Part shown: positions 9,660 to 19,030 of the stretch, piece by piece
Numbering within the stretch: the first letter of the stretch is position 1
Layout of the letters: each line of letters starts with the position of its first letter
Assembly (NCBI GenBank): GCA_016124655.1
Contig: WGNI01000011.1
Coordinates: forward strand, 64,196-128,195
Length of the DNA: 64,000 nt
Source: Alphaproteobacteria bacterium
GTDB lineage: Bacteria > Pseudomonadota > Alphaproteobacteria > Caulobacterales > Aquidulcibacteraceae
Direction of reading: 5' to 3'
Notes under the pieces: model-generated
Database searches by the model: none
The model's input: only the letters and a program-made list of their open reading frames with translations
What the model was told of the DNA's origin: nothing
Made by a program: the position numbers and the translations under genes

Positions 9660-11744
9660 ATGAACAACCGATTTTCCATGCTGACCGGCGCTTGCCTTGC
9701 GTCGTTGTTAGCATTGCCCGGGGCGGCTTTTGCGCAGTCCGAATCGGAAGAGATCGTGGTGACGGCGCAGAAGCGGGAACAAGCGATCCAAGACGTGCCA
9801 TTGGCGGTCCAGGCAATCGGCGCTGATGCGCTTGAGACGGCAGGCGTTCGCCAAGTCGGTGATCTCGTGCGGTTCATTCCCGGCGCATCGATCGTCAACA
9901 ACACGACCGCTGGGCGTGAGACGATTTCGATTCGGGGCATTGCCGCAGGGACGACCGGTGATGGACTGGTCGGCTTCTACATTGATGAAACGCCCTTCAG
10001 CATTCCCAACCTGCAGCTCTCTCCGCCAGGAAGCTTGATCGACGTACAGCGTGTCGAAGTCGTCCGGGGGCCTTCCGGAACGCTTTACGGCAGCGGAGCG
10101 ATGGGCGGGAACATCAAGATCGTGACACGTACCCCGGACACGACAGAGTTCTCGGGCCTCTTGCGTGGAGAATACTCCAACACATCGGACGGCGACGACA
10201 ACCACAATATAAATGGCGTGTTGAATGTTCCGATTTTGCGCGACCGCCTGGCGGTGCGCCTGAATGCAGGCATCGAAACCCTGGGAGGGTATGCAGAGGC
10301 TCCGGAGTTCAATCGAAGCGACGTCAATGGCATGGACGCAAATAGCTATCGTGGCGTTTTGCTGTGGACTCCGACCGATACGATTGACGTTTCGCTCACC
10401 GCATGGACGATGAACAATCGCCAGGACTTCAACAATAATCTCACCGCAGCCCAGACGATCGCCGCGGGCAGTCCCATCATTACAGGGACGGGCGGAAGAC
10501 CATCATACCAGAACACCGATATGGATCTCTATTCCGCAACGGCGAATTGGGACCTTGGGTTTGCAACGCTGACAGGAAACGTCTCCAACATCATCCATAG
10601 CTTGAAGCTGAACGACGCCACGTCGTTCGTCGTCAACAACTTCAGCGACTTCCGTACCGTGCAGACCACGGGAGAAGTGCGCTTGACGTCGAGCGGAGAC
10701 GGGCCATTTCAATGGATTGTTGGGGCCTTCAAGCGGGACGCCATAATCAAGTCCTATCTGGATGTGCGCATCGTCCCGTCGACGCCCTTGATCTTCAGCT
10801 ATGGAACAATCGAGACGGACTCCTACGCGGTGTTCGGCGAAGTCTCGTATGACTTCTTTGGCGGCATGCTCACGCCGACCTTGGGCGTCCGCTACAGCGA
10901 AGACGACCGAGGTGGATTCTCAGTCAACTTCGTGGATAGTACGCGCGCCCTGCGCGGCGCGGTTTGGGAGAGCACGAACCCGCGCTTCAATCTGCGGTTC
11001 CGCCCAACTGAAGACGCCATGTTCTACATCAATGTCGCCAAGGGCTTCCGGTCTGGATCGTTTCAGTCCCAGGGACAGGTCGACGCAGCCGCTTTGCTTG
11101 GGATTCCGACTCAGACCGGCGTCGATCCCGACAGCGTTTGGACTTATGAGATTGGAACGAAATTGTCGGTCTCGAGCGATTTTCAAGTCGAAGCGAGCGT
11201 GTATCACTCTGACTTTGAAGACATCATCGTCCAGTTCGTGTCACCGGCGATTGTATCCTTGGCGAACGGCGGTGACGCGGCGATCGACGGTGTCGATCTG
11301 GCGTTTGTTTGGCGAACGCCGGTGGACGGACTGGATGTGAACTTTAACGGCAGTCTGTTGAACACCAACTTTGAAAATGTCGTTCCCGCGCTGTCTGTCG
11401 CATTGCCGACGATTTCCGAGGGTAGGCCGCTGCCAAACGTTCCCACCAGCAACTACACGATCGGCGCGGACTACGTGCGTCCATCAAGTATGTGGCCCGG
11501 CGTCGATTGGCGGCTTCATGGGTCGTACTCGTTCCGGGGGTCTCAGATTGATGCTGCGTCCGGTCGTGTTTCCGGTGAGTTGAACGATCTGACGCTCCGC
11601 GCAGGTCTCGAGGGCACAAATTGGCGCGCGAATGTCTTTGCGTTGAACGCGCTTGATGACGACGATCCGGCAGTGCGCACGGCCACGGGCATTCAAATCC
11701 TGTACCCACGCCGAATTGGCGTACAACTCGGCTTCGACTTCTAG
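9660..11744 (+). CDS. TonB-dependent outer-membrane receptor
   Basis: It has a signal peptide, a TonB box (EEIVVTAQKRE), a plug domain, and a C-terminal beta-barrel ending in an aromatic residue (...LGFDF). The ATG at 9660 is preferred; the track begins at an upstream GTG. Confidence 0.8.
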   Translation: MNNRFSMLTGACLASLLALPGAAFAQSESEEIVVTAQKREQAIQDVPLAVQAIGADALETAGVRQVGDLVRFIPGASIVNNTTAGRETISIRGIAAGTTGDGLVGFYIDETPFSIPNLQLSPPGSLIDVQRVEVVRGPSGTLYGSGAMGGNIKIVTRTPDTTEFSGLLRGEYSNTSDGDDNHNINGVLNVPILRDRLAVRLNAGIETLGGYAEAPEFNRSDVNGMDANSYRGVLLWTPTDTIDVSLTAWTMNNRQDFNNNLTAAQTIAAGSPIITGTGGRPSYQNTDMDLYSATANWDLGFATLTGNVSNIIHSLKLNDATSFVVNNFSDFRTVQTTGEVRLTSSGDGPFQWIVGAFKRDAIIKSYLDVRIVPSTPLIFSYGTIETDSYAVFGEVSYDFFGGMLTPTLGVRYSEDDRGGFSVNFVDSTRALRGAVWESTNPRFNLRFRPTEDAMFYINVAKGFRSGSFQSQGQVDAAALLGIPTQTGVDPDSVWTYEIGTKLSVSSDFQVEASVYHSDFEDIIVQFVSPAIVSLANGGDAAIDGVDLAFVWRTPVDGLDVNFNGSLLNTNFENVVPALSVALPTISEGRPLPNVPTSNYTIGADYVRPSSMWPGVDWRLHGSYSFRGSQIDAASGRVSGELNDLTLRAGLEGTNWRANVFALNALDDDDPAVRTATGIQILYPRRIGVQLGFDF

Positions 11745-11773
11745 GGCTGCCTTACCTCCCGAAGGACAAACTG

Positions 11774-11801
11774 ACGGGGACCCCGCGTCCCCGTTTTTTT
11801 T
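11774..11801 (+). terminator. Rho-independent terminator downstream of the TonB-dependent receptor gene
   Basis: GC hairpin acggggaccccgcgtccccgt followed by a run of eight T residues. Confidence 0.7.
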
Positions 11802-11827
11802 GCATGCAGAGCAGATAGGAGAGTACG

Positions 11828-12748
11828 GTGACCATTCGCTTTGATCAACGAGTTGCGGTCGTGACCGGCGCCGGGGCGGGCCTCGGGCGTGAGCACGCCC
11901 TTGGGCTGGCTCAGCGGGGGGCAAGGGTTGTCGTAAACGACTTCGGCGGAGGGGTTGACGGTGCCGGCGGGTCAGCCGGCCCGGCTACTGAGACGGTCCG
12001 TCTCATCTTGGAAGCGGGCGGTGAAGCCTTTGCGCACGCTGCTGACGTCACCAAGCCCGATCAGGTCCAGGATATGGTTACGCAGACCATGAAGAGATGG
12101 GGTAGGGTGGATATTCTGGTCAACAATGCCGGCATTCTTCGCGACCGCACGTTTGCGAAGATGACATCAGAAGATTTCGCCGCGGTGGTCGCGGTTCATT
12201 TGCAAGGATCGGCGAATTGCAGCCTCGCGGTTTGGCCGCACATGAAGGAAGCCAATTACGGCCGGATCGTCATGACGAGCTCATCATCTGGCATCTACGG
12301 AAATTTCGGTCAGGCGAACTATGGCGCAGCCAAGATGGGCGTGGTCGGGCTCATGAACGTGCTGCACATTGAGGGCGCCAAGAACAATATTCGAGTCAAC
12401 ACGATCGCGCCTGGCGCAGCGACACGGATGACCCAGGATCTCCTGCCGCCTGGCGTGATCGAGCTCATGAGCCCGAAGACGGTGACGCCCGGTCTGCTCT
12501 TCCTTGTCAGCGAGGATGCGCCATTGCGCGTGATACTCTGCGCAACGGCGGGCGGCTTCGCCCGCACGATGATCTATGAGACCGAGGGCGTCTGGCTGGG
12601 CGAGGAAGACTGCACGCCGGAGAATGTTGCGGCGCTTTTCCCGCAGATTTCCGACCCGAATGGTCAGCACGTCTATGAAAGCGGCTCGCCTCAGGTGGCC
12701 AAGTTCGTCGGCAAGGCTGCAGCTGGAAAGGGCGTAAAGCTCGGCTGA
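11828..12748 (+). CDS. SDR family oxidoreductase, MFE-2/17beta-HSD4-like 3-hydroxyacyl-CoA dehydrogenase type
   Basis: It has the TGAGAGLG Rossmann motif and a YGAAK catalytic motif, and its N-terminus is typical of MFE-2-type dehydrogenases. GTG start with an aggagag RBS. Confidence 0.7.
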   Translation: MTIRFDQRVAVVTGAGAGLGREHALGLAQRGARVVVNDFGGGVDGAGGSAGPATETVRLILEAGGEAFAHAADVTKPDQVQDMVTQTMKRWGRVDILVNNAGILRDRTFAKMTSEDFAAVVAVHLQGSANCSLAVWPHMKEANYGRIVMTSSSSGIYGNFGQANYGAAKMGVVGLMNVLHIEGAKNNIRVNTIAPGAATRMTQDLLPPGVIELMSPKTVTPGLLFLVSEDAPLRVILCATAGGFARTMIYETEGVWLGEEDCTPENVAALFPQISDPNGQHVYESGSPQVAKFVGKAAAGKGVKLG

Positions 12749-12755
12749 TAACTGC

Positions 12756-13562
12756 TCAGTCGCCGGTGAATGTCGGCGTCCGCTTTTCGAAGAATGCGGT
12801 CACTGCTTCCTTGAAATCGCCGCTCATGCTAGCGAGCAGCCATTGGTCGCCATCCATGTGCATGATCGCGCGGTCAAGCGGCCCGGCTACCGAATTGATG
12901 CTGCGCTTGATCATCTGAACGGAGAGCGGCGGCAGCGCGGCATACTCTTCTGCCCAGGCGAGCGCTGTTGCGTGCAACTGCTCTGGGGGCACGACAGCGT
13001 CCAGAAAGCCCCATCGTTCCAGAATATCCGCCGTGAAAAGGCGGCCCGTCATGATCATCTGCTTGGCGCGTGAGGGGCCGATGAGATGGACGCAGATGGG
13101 GACGGCGTTCCACATCAGGTTGATCCCCAGCCTCACCTCTCCGTATCCGATGCGCGCGTTTGTCGCCCCGATGCGGAAGTCGCACGCGCTGGTGATGCAC
13201 GCGCCGGCGCCCGTGGCGATTCCCTGTACTGCGCAGATAGTCGGCTGGTGGATATCCTGGATGCAGCGCATCAATGTGGCGCCCAGTTCGATTGTACGCC
13301 GTCGCATGAGGAGGGTTGGCGTCTCGCCGCCCTGGAACCGGGGCTGTTTCAGGTCCGCGCCAATGGAAAAATCATTTCCTTGAGCGCAGAAGATCACGGC
13401 GCGGGTCTGCTCGCACGTCGCGAACGACCTGCAGGCCGCGTCGAGTTCTGCCATCATTTCGGTGTTCACCGCATTGCGTTCAGCGGCGCGTGTCAGCGTC
13501 ACGCGTGCGATGGCGCCATCCTTGTCGACGCGGACATGGGTGGAGTCGGACTCTGTCGTCAT
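12756..13562 (-). CDS. Enoyl-CoA hydratase/isomerase (crotonase) family protein
   Basis: It shows a crotonase fold pattern (VTLTRAAERNAVN..., CAVQGIATGAG). The internal ATG at 13562 is preferred. Confidence 0.7.
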   Translation of the reverse strand: MTTESDSTHVRVDKDGAIARVTLTRAAERNAVNTEMMAELDAACRSFATCEQTRAVIFCAQGNDFSIGADLKQPRFQGGETPTLLMRRRTIELGATLMRCIQDIHQPTICAVQGIATGAGACITSACDFRIGATNARIGYGEVRLGINLMWNAVPICVHLIGPSRAKQMIMTGRLFTADILERWGFLDAVVPPEQLHATALAWAEEYAALPPLSVQMIKRSINSVAGPLDRAIMHMDGDQWLLASMSGDFKEAVTAFFEKRTPTFTGD

Positions 13563-13679
13563 GTGGTATTCCCTTGGTCTCGGAAGCTTCGAGAGGCGAC
13601 GCAAGACAATCGCACTAAACGCTTGATCAGTCGAGGGCGTGACAATATCGTCCCTCCGTCAAGGCGAGAATGAGCGCTG

Positions 13680-14651
13680 ATGATGAAGCGTCCCTTCACC
13701 GTTGCGGAACAGTCGCAGCACTTTCTAACGAGGCGCCACGATGCGGTTCCTCAAGGACGCGTCGAAGGCCGCGCCGCATGGATGGCGCGTGATCTGCCCC
13801 GTGGACCAGCGCTCAAGCAGCCGATGTCTGACGCGCTTGTCGAGGCGTGGGAGCGACGCCTCGGAGCGGCGGGTGAATCCGCGCGCGAAGACGCCTACGA
13901 GCCGGTGATCGCTGAAGCGGTGGAGACGTGGCGGCGGGAGCTTCTCGACGGAAGAGGATTCGTTCTTCTCCGCGGCGCCCCGGTGCGCGCATGGTCGCTG
14001 AATCGCGCCAAGGCGTTCATGCAGATGCTCGGCGCCTGTTTCGGTCGCCTCGGAATGCAGAGTAGCCGGACCGACCACCTGATCGCCGAAGTGCGCAACA
14101 CGGGCGCGGCTCTACGCGACCCCTTTTCACGAAACTACATCACGGATCGCGAGTTCCGGTTCCACTGCGACGCCGCGGATCTTCTCGGCCTTCTCTGCGT
14201 CCGCAAGGCGCGCGACGGTGGTCTGAACAAGCTTGCGAGCTCCGTCACCGTCTATAACGAACTTCAACGCCGTCGTCCCGATCTTGCGAAGCGACTGTTC
14301 GCTCCGGTGTATCTCGATCTCCGAAACGAACAAGTGCCCGGGTCTGCGGCATTCGCGGAGGTGGTGCCTTGCGCATATGCCGAAGGTGCTTTGCGCACAT
14401 TCTACATTTCTGACTATTTCCGCAGCGTAGATCGCCACGGCGAGATTAAACTGCCTGCGGATTATTTCGAGCTTTTCGATCTGTACGAAGAGATCGCTGA
14501 TCACGAGGACATTTCCGTGAGGGTCGATCTCGATCCGGGCGACATCCTCCTCATCAACAATCACGTGATGCTGCATGCCCGCACCGCGTTTGAGGATGAG
14601 CCGGGGGCTGAGCGGCTCCTGCTTCGTTTTCTGGTTTCCGTCGGCGCATGA
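13680..14651 (+). CDS. TauD/TfdA family Fe(II)/2-oxoglutarate dioxygenase
   Basis: It has an HxD motif (FHCDAAD) and a distal His (NHVMLHARTAF). Confidence 0.6.
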   Translation: MMKRPFTVAEQSQHFLTRRHDAVPQGRVEGRAAWMARDLPRGPALKQPMSDALVEAWERRLGAAGESAREDAYEPVIAEAVETWRRELLDGRGFVLLRGAPVRAWSLNRAKAFMQMLGACFGRLGMQSSRTDHLIAEVRNTGAALRDPFSRNYITDREFRFHCDAADLLGLLCVRKARDGGLNKLASSVTVYNELQRRRPDLAKRLFAPVYLDLRNEQVPGSAAFAEVVPCAYAEGALRTFYISDYFRSVDRHGEIKLPADYFELFDLYEEIADHEDISVRVDLDPGDILLINNHVMLHARTAFEDEPGAERLLLRFLVSVGA

Positions 14652-16279
14652 GCACGGCGCACGCCAATCGTCCCGTCTGGGGTTTGCGGGTTGGAGAAAA
14701 GAGCATGGGCGCTTACGCGCTCCGTGTCTTCGAACCCCGACCGCAACGGCTCGCCGACATTCTGGATGAGTCGGCTAAGTGGGGCAAAAGGGAATTTCTG
14801 GTCCACGGTGCGCGGCGCGCCTCTTTCGCGGAGTTTCACGCGGCTGTCGCACGGGCGGCCGATAGACTGGCGGAGGCAGGCGTGCGCCGCGGGGACAGAG
14901 TGATGGTACTTGGCGCAAACAGCGCCGAGTGGCTTGTGGGGTTTTGGGCATTGGCGCGGATCGGCGCCGTCATTGCGCTTGGCAATGCGTGGTGGAGCGC
15001 GGAAGAGACGGCTCACGCTTTGGCCCTCGTCGAGCCTCGCCTCGTTCTCGTCGATGAAGCGCGCTGCGTGATCGTGCCTTCCGATCATCCGTCCCTCGCG
15101 ATCGAAACCCTACGCAAAGACTGGACCGAAAATGACGGCGCTGCGCCGACCACGAAGGTGACGCAAGTGCAGGACGCAGAAACCGATGAGGAGCATCCTG
15201 CGCTGTTCATCTTTACGTCCGGAACGACGAGCCGTGCGAAATCCGCAGTGCTGTCCCATCGTGCGGCGCTAGCATGCCTGCATGTGCTGTACGCAGGGCG
15301 CGGCGTTTCACCCTCGGCGTTCGGTCCCGAGGATGCGCAAACGACCATGCTGTCCTGTGCGCCCCTGTTCCATCTTTCCGGATACATGTCGCACACGCAG
15401 GCTTTGCTGAGCGGGCATCGCTTCATCTTGCTTGAAGGGCGCGCGGATCCCGAACGGATACTCGATCTCATCGAGAAGGAATGCGTCCAAACGTGGGCGA
15501 GCGTCCCGACGCTCTTGTCGCGAGTCGTGCACACGCCGTCCGCGCTATTGCGAGATCTTTCGTCGGTCACCGGCATCGCGGGCGGCGGCGCCACGGTGTC
15601 TTCGGAGCTGATGGATCGCGTGCGCCGCGTTTTTCCGAATGCGAGAATCGGGGCCAGCGCGACATACGGCCTGACGGAGGCAGGCGGATCGGTCACGCTC
15701 ATCAGCGGGGAAGAGTATTTGCGACGACCGCTGTCTTGCGGTCGCGCCTTGCCCGCGTGCGAAATTCGGATCGAAGCGCCTGATGCAGAAGGCAGGGGAG
15801 AAATTCTCGTGCGAACTCCGTCGCAGATGAGCGGCTACTGGGGTGAGACGGAGGGGCGCGCGATCGATCGCGAGGGCTGGGTACACACCGGCGATCTGGG
15901 GCGGCTCGATGAAGAAGGGTACCTGTTCATCACTGGTCGGGCGAAGGACATCGTGATCCGTGGCGGGGAGAATGTATCTGCGCCTCGCGTCGAACATTGC
16001 ATATTGCGCCACCCCGCCGTTCTCGAGGTCGCCGTCGTCGGTCTGCCGCATCCCGATCTCGGGGAGGAAGTCGCGGCCGCTGTGGTCGCCAAGAAGGGGG
16101 CTGCGCTCGATATCGAGGCGCTTGCGGCGTTTGCGTCCGAAAGCCTTGCGTATTTCGAACGTCCGACCCGCTGGTGGATCAGGGATGAGCCATTGCCGAC
16201 CAACGCAACGTCAAAGATCGTCAAGGCGCAACTTATCGCCGAGTGGCCAGACGGAAATGCGCCTGAGCGAGATGTTTAG
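14648..16279 (+). CDS. AMP-dependent acyl-CoA synthetase/ligase
   Basis: AMP-binding motifs are present (FTSGTTSRAK, YGLTE, GDLGRLDEEGYLFITGRAKD). Its ATG overlaps the TauD stop codon (ATGA). Confidence 0.8.
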   Translation: MSTAHANRPVWGLRVGEKSMGAYALRVFEPRPQRLADILDESAKWGKREFLVHGARRASFAEFHAAVARAADRLAEAGVRRGDRVMVLGANSAEWLVGFWALARIGAVIALGNAWWSAEETAHALALVEPRLVLVDEARCVIVPSDHPSLAIETLRKDWTENDGAAPTTKVTQVQDAETDEEHPALFIFTSGTTSRAKSAVLSHRAALACLHVLYAGRGVSPSAFGPEDAQTTMLSCAPLFHLSGYMSHTQALLSGHRFILLEGRADPERILDLIEKECVQTWASVPTLLSRVVHTPSALLRDLSSVTGIAGGGATVSSELMDRVRRVFPNARIGASATYGLTEAGGSVTLISGEEYLRRPLSCGRALPACEIRIEAPDAEGRGEILVRTPSQMSGYWGETEGRAIDREGWVHTGDLGRLDEEGYLFITGRAKDIVIRGGENVSAPRVEHCILRHPAVLEVAVVGLPHPDLGEEVAAAVVAKKGAALDIEALAAFASESLAYFERPTRWWIRDEPLPTNATSKIVKAQLIAEWPDGNAPERDV

Positions 16280-16369
16280 CGGTCCGCGGCCCATGACGCG
16301 CTTGCGCGGCCCACGCAGATCGCTTCGCAGCATCAAGTCCGGATGAAAGTGCGGACAACGGCAAGTGCG

Positions 16370-17971
16370 CTAGTTCAGCTCATGCTCGAAAATGGCGCGC
16401 GCGCGCGCATAGTCGGCTTTGCCGTTGGGCGCACGTGGCGCTTCTTGCGTGAACACGATCCGTTTCGGCGCCTTGTAACCTGCGAGACTCGTCTTCACGT
16501 GCGCAATCAAGGTCTGTTCCCCGACCGGCGCCGAGACGCTCGCCACGGCTGCTACGGATTGCCCGAGGCGCGGATCGGGAACAGCGAACACAAGCGCGTC
16601 GGTCACCAGTGCGTGGCTCTTGAGCGCCTGCTCGACCTCTTCCGGATAGACCTTTTCGCCGCCGGTATTGATGCAATGACTGCCGCGACCCAGCAGGACG
16701 ATCGTCCCGTCTGCATCGACCGTGGCGTGATCGCCGCCGATCATCCGGCGCACGCCATCGATCGTGACATAGGTGCGCGCGGTCCGTTCCGGATCTTTGT
16801 AATAGCCGAGCGGTAGGTCGCCGCCCTTTGCGATGAGGCCGACTTCTCCCGAACCGGGCGTGACAGGTCGAAAGTCATCGGGTCGCACGACGATGGCGTC
16901 GGCCGGTATGAATTGGGCCGTCGATGGTCGCACGTCCCTGGACGTCACAGACGCGGCGATGCTGGCCGCTTCTGTCGCTCCCAGTCCGTCAATCAGCAGC
17001 GCGTCGGGCATGAAGTCGAGCATGCCTTCCTTGACCTCCGCACTCCACATCATTCCGCTCGAGACGACGCTTGTGACCGCGCGCACATCCCATCTGCCCG
17101 GCTCCTTGCGGAGCGCATCAAGCAGCGGACGCGCAAAGGCGTCTCCCACGATAATGATGCCGGTGCAGGCGTGCCTCTCGATCGCGTCGAGCGCGGATGC
17201 GGGATTGAAAGCCGGCGACGCCGAACAGACGACAGCGCCTCCACGGGACAAGACGCTGACAGCAGCAAAGAGCCCGGTGCCGTGCATCAGCGGCGGACCG
17301 ATGTGGTAGCGGACCTGCGGTGCGCCGCGTGTGCGTTCCGACCGGATCTGCTCCTGAAGCGCCTCGACGGTCATCGGCGGCGGTTGATCGGGCGCCGCCG
17401 CGCGCGACGCCGCGAGCACGTTCCATAGCACGCCGGACGTCCACATGACGCCTTTGGGCAGTCCCGTCGTACCTCCGGTGTAGAGCAGAAACAGGTCATC
17501 CGCCGAGCGACGCAGGTCCAGCGGGGCGCCATCGGAGCGGTAGATGCTCTCGAGGGCGATGGCTTCAGGCGCCGAGCCCCGGGCGACGATTCTGACGGCG
17601 AGCGCGCTCGCTTCGTCGCGGGTCGGAATCTTGGACGCGAATTCCGCATCGAAAATGATCGCCTCTGCGTCCGAATTCTCGACAAGATAGGCGATTTCCT
17701 CACGCCCATAGCGATAATTGATATTTACCGGCGCCAGCCGCGCCTTGAAGCAGGCTGCGAAGGCGATGAGGTAGTCCGGGCCGTTGCGCATATAGAGCGC
17801 GACCTTGGCCTGATCGCTCAGACCTGCGTGGCGCAACGCACGTGCGAGTGCGTTGGATCGATGCTCGAACTCAGCCCAGCTGACGGTTTGGTCGTCGCAA
17901 ATGACGGCAGGTTGATCAGGCGCACACGCTGTTGCGACCGCGCTGAAGACGTCTCCGAAGCTGACAGTCAT
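16370..17971 (-). CDS. AMP-dependent acyl-CoA synthetase/ligase
   Basis: AMP-binding motifs are present (YTGGTTGLPKGV, GDLPLGYYKD). The ATG at 17971 is preferred because an operator-like motif lies at 18009-18024, about 40 bp upstream. The track ORF extends to 18055. Confidence 0.75.
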   Translation of the reverse strand: MTVSFGDVFSAVATACAPDQPAVICDDQTVSWAEFEHRSNALARALRHAGLSDQAKVALYMRNGPDYLIAFAACFKARLAPVNINYRYGREEIAYLVENSDAEAIIFDAEFASKIPTRDEASALAVRIVARGSAPEAIALESIYRSDGAPLDLRRSADDLFLLYTGGTTGLPKGVMWTSGVLWNVLAASRAAAPDQPPPMTVEALQEQIRSERTRGAPQVRYHIGPPLMHGTGLFAAVSVLSRGGAVVCSASPAFNPASALDAIERHACTGIIIVGDAFARPLLDALRKEPGRWDVRAVTSVVSSGMMWSAEVKEGMLDFMPDALLIDGLGATEAASIAASVTSRDVRPSTAQFIPADAIVVRPDDFRPVTPGSGEVGLIAKGGDLPLGYYKDPERTARTYVTIDGVRRMIGGDHATVDADGTIVLLGRGSHCINTGGEKVYPEEVEQALKSHALVTDALVFAVPDPRLGQSVAAVASVSAPVGEQTLIAHVKTSLAGYKAPKRIVFTQEAPRAPNGKADYARARAIFEHELN

Positions 17972-18395
17972 GACCCAAACCGCATCTACGCCGCGCAGTG
18001 ACCAGACACTAAACAAATGCGCAGTTTGTGGCAATGATATGAGCGCATATGCCATGGCCTGAGACCTGAAAACGCCTCCAAGAATGAGTAGAGACCGTGA
18101 GACGATAGCTGGATTTCAACCGCGGCTGGTGGAGAAACCGGGGTCGCGTCAAAATCCTTCAAATCTCTGGCGTTCCGCCTCACATCGGCGCCGCAGACTG
18201 GTCCTGAAACTCACTTTGCGGAGCGACTGAGCTATTGCCGGAAATCGGGGTGTCGAACCCCGGAGCTGGCCGTGCCCTTCAAGCCTCTGGCGGGGTTTCG
18301 AGACGGCAAAAGCCTAGTGGCGGAGAGTGAAGGACAAGGTCCAAACTCGGAGCCACGCGCGCAGGGTTGGTGTGGCGGCTGCTCGCAGGCGAGGA

Positions 18396-18409
18396 TGGCG
18401 GAGAGGGAG
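18396..18409. repeat. attL-like direct repeat (TGGCGGAGAGGGAG) identical to the last 14 nt of the tRNA-Ser gene at 25691-25704
   Basis: This is an exact 14-bp match to the tRNA 3' end. A second degenerate copy (tggcggagagtgaagga) lies at 18318-18334. It marks the left boundary of the lower-GC island. Confidence 0.6.
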
Positions 18410-18541
18410 TCCGACGACAGCCCTTATTTTTCAAGGGTTGCGAGGTGATGACGACTGCGTACCCACGTCGCAACCCACGTTAACTGCGCCTTCCCGTCGC
18501 CGTTTGCCAGCGCGCGCCGATGACTCGCAACTAAATGGTAA

Positions 18542-18982
18542 GTGAGGCTTGCTACCAAAGGCTGTGGCGACGCGGGGGAGCCGACAGTGTTTTGGCGCAG
18601 TGTGATTCCAGCGATCCTGCTGGTTGCGACAGCAACGGGCGCTGCGGCGTTACCTGCAACTACTTTGTCTTGTGCAGGAACCGTCTCTGTTCGCGGATAT
18701 CAAGACCTTCCCTACGCTGGTGTGGTTGTGACCGTCGAAGAGGATGCGGTCGTTATTGAGAACCTGCCGAGCCTAAGTGGCACATGGCCCATTTTCCGAG
18801 CAACAGACCATCTGATCACAGTCTTGTCGGCCACGACGAGCGGCGGCCAAGTTCAAGCCAGCTTCAACAGGTTAAGCGGCGACATGTGGATTATGGCGTC
18901 GAACTCGCCCGTGGGCCGCCTCCCCACCAGAGAAGAGATGCGATTCTCTGGACGATGCGCCCGAGCGGAACGGATTTTCTGA
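18542..18982 (+). CDS. Hypothetical secreted protein (island cargo)
   Basis: It has a signal-peptide-like segment (WRSVIPAILLVATATGAAALPA) and no recognisable domain. The start is uncertain, with a GTG near 18587 possible. Confidence 0.35.
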   Translation: MRLATKGCGDAGEPTVFWRSVIPAILLVATATGAAALPATTLSCAGTVSVRGYQDLPYAGVVVTVEEDAVVIENLPSLSGTWPIFRATDHLITVLSATTSGGQVQASFNRLSGDMWIMASNSPVGRLPTREEMRFSGRCARAERIF

Positions 18983-19030
18983 ACCCTCAAGATCGTCCCG
19001 CTTGCCAGGCAGGCATGTAATGGTCGTCGG

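Noticed and set aside
14648-14651. ATGA overlap between TauD and the downstream acyl-CoA ligase as possible programmed recoding
   Set aside because: This is a standard stop-start overlap that indicates translational coupling, not frameshifting.
18210-18270. Possible partial tRNA (T-arm-like hairpin cggggtgtcgaaccccg next to a TAGCTCAGT-like motif)
   Set aside because: The elements are in the wrong order and orientation for a cloverleaf, and there is no acceptor stem or anticodon arm. It is probably a decayed fragment or a chance match, so it is mentioned only as context for the att region.
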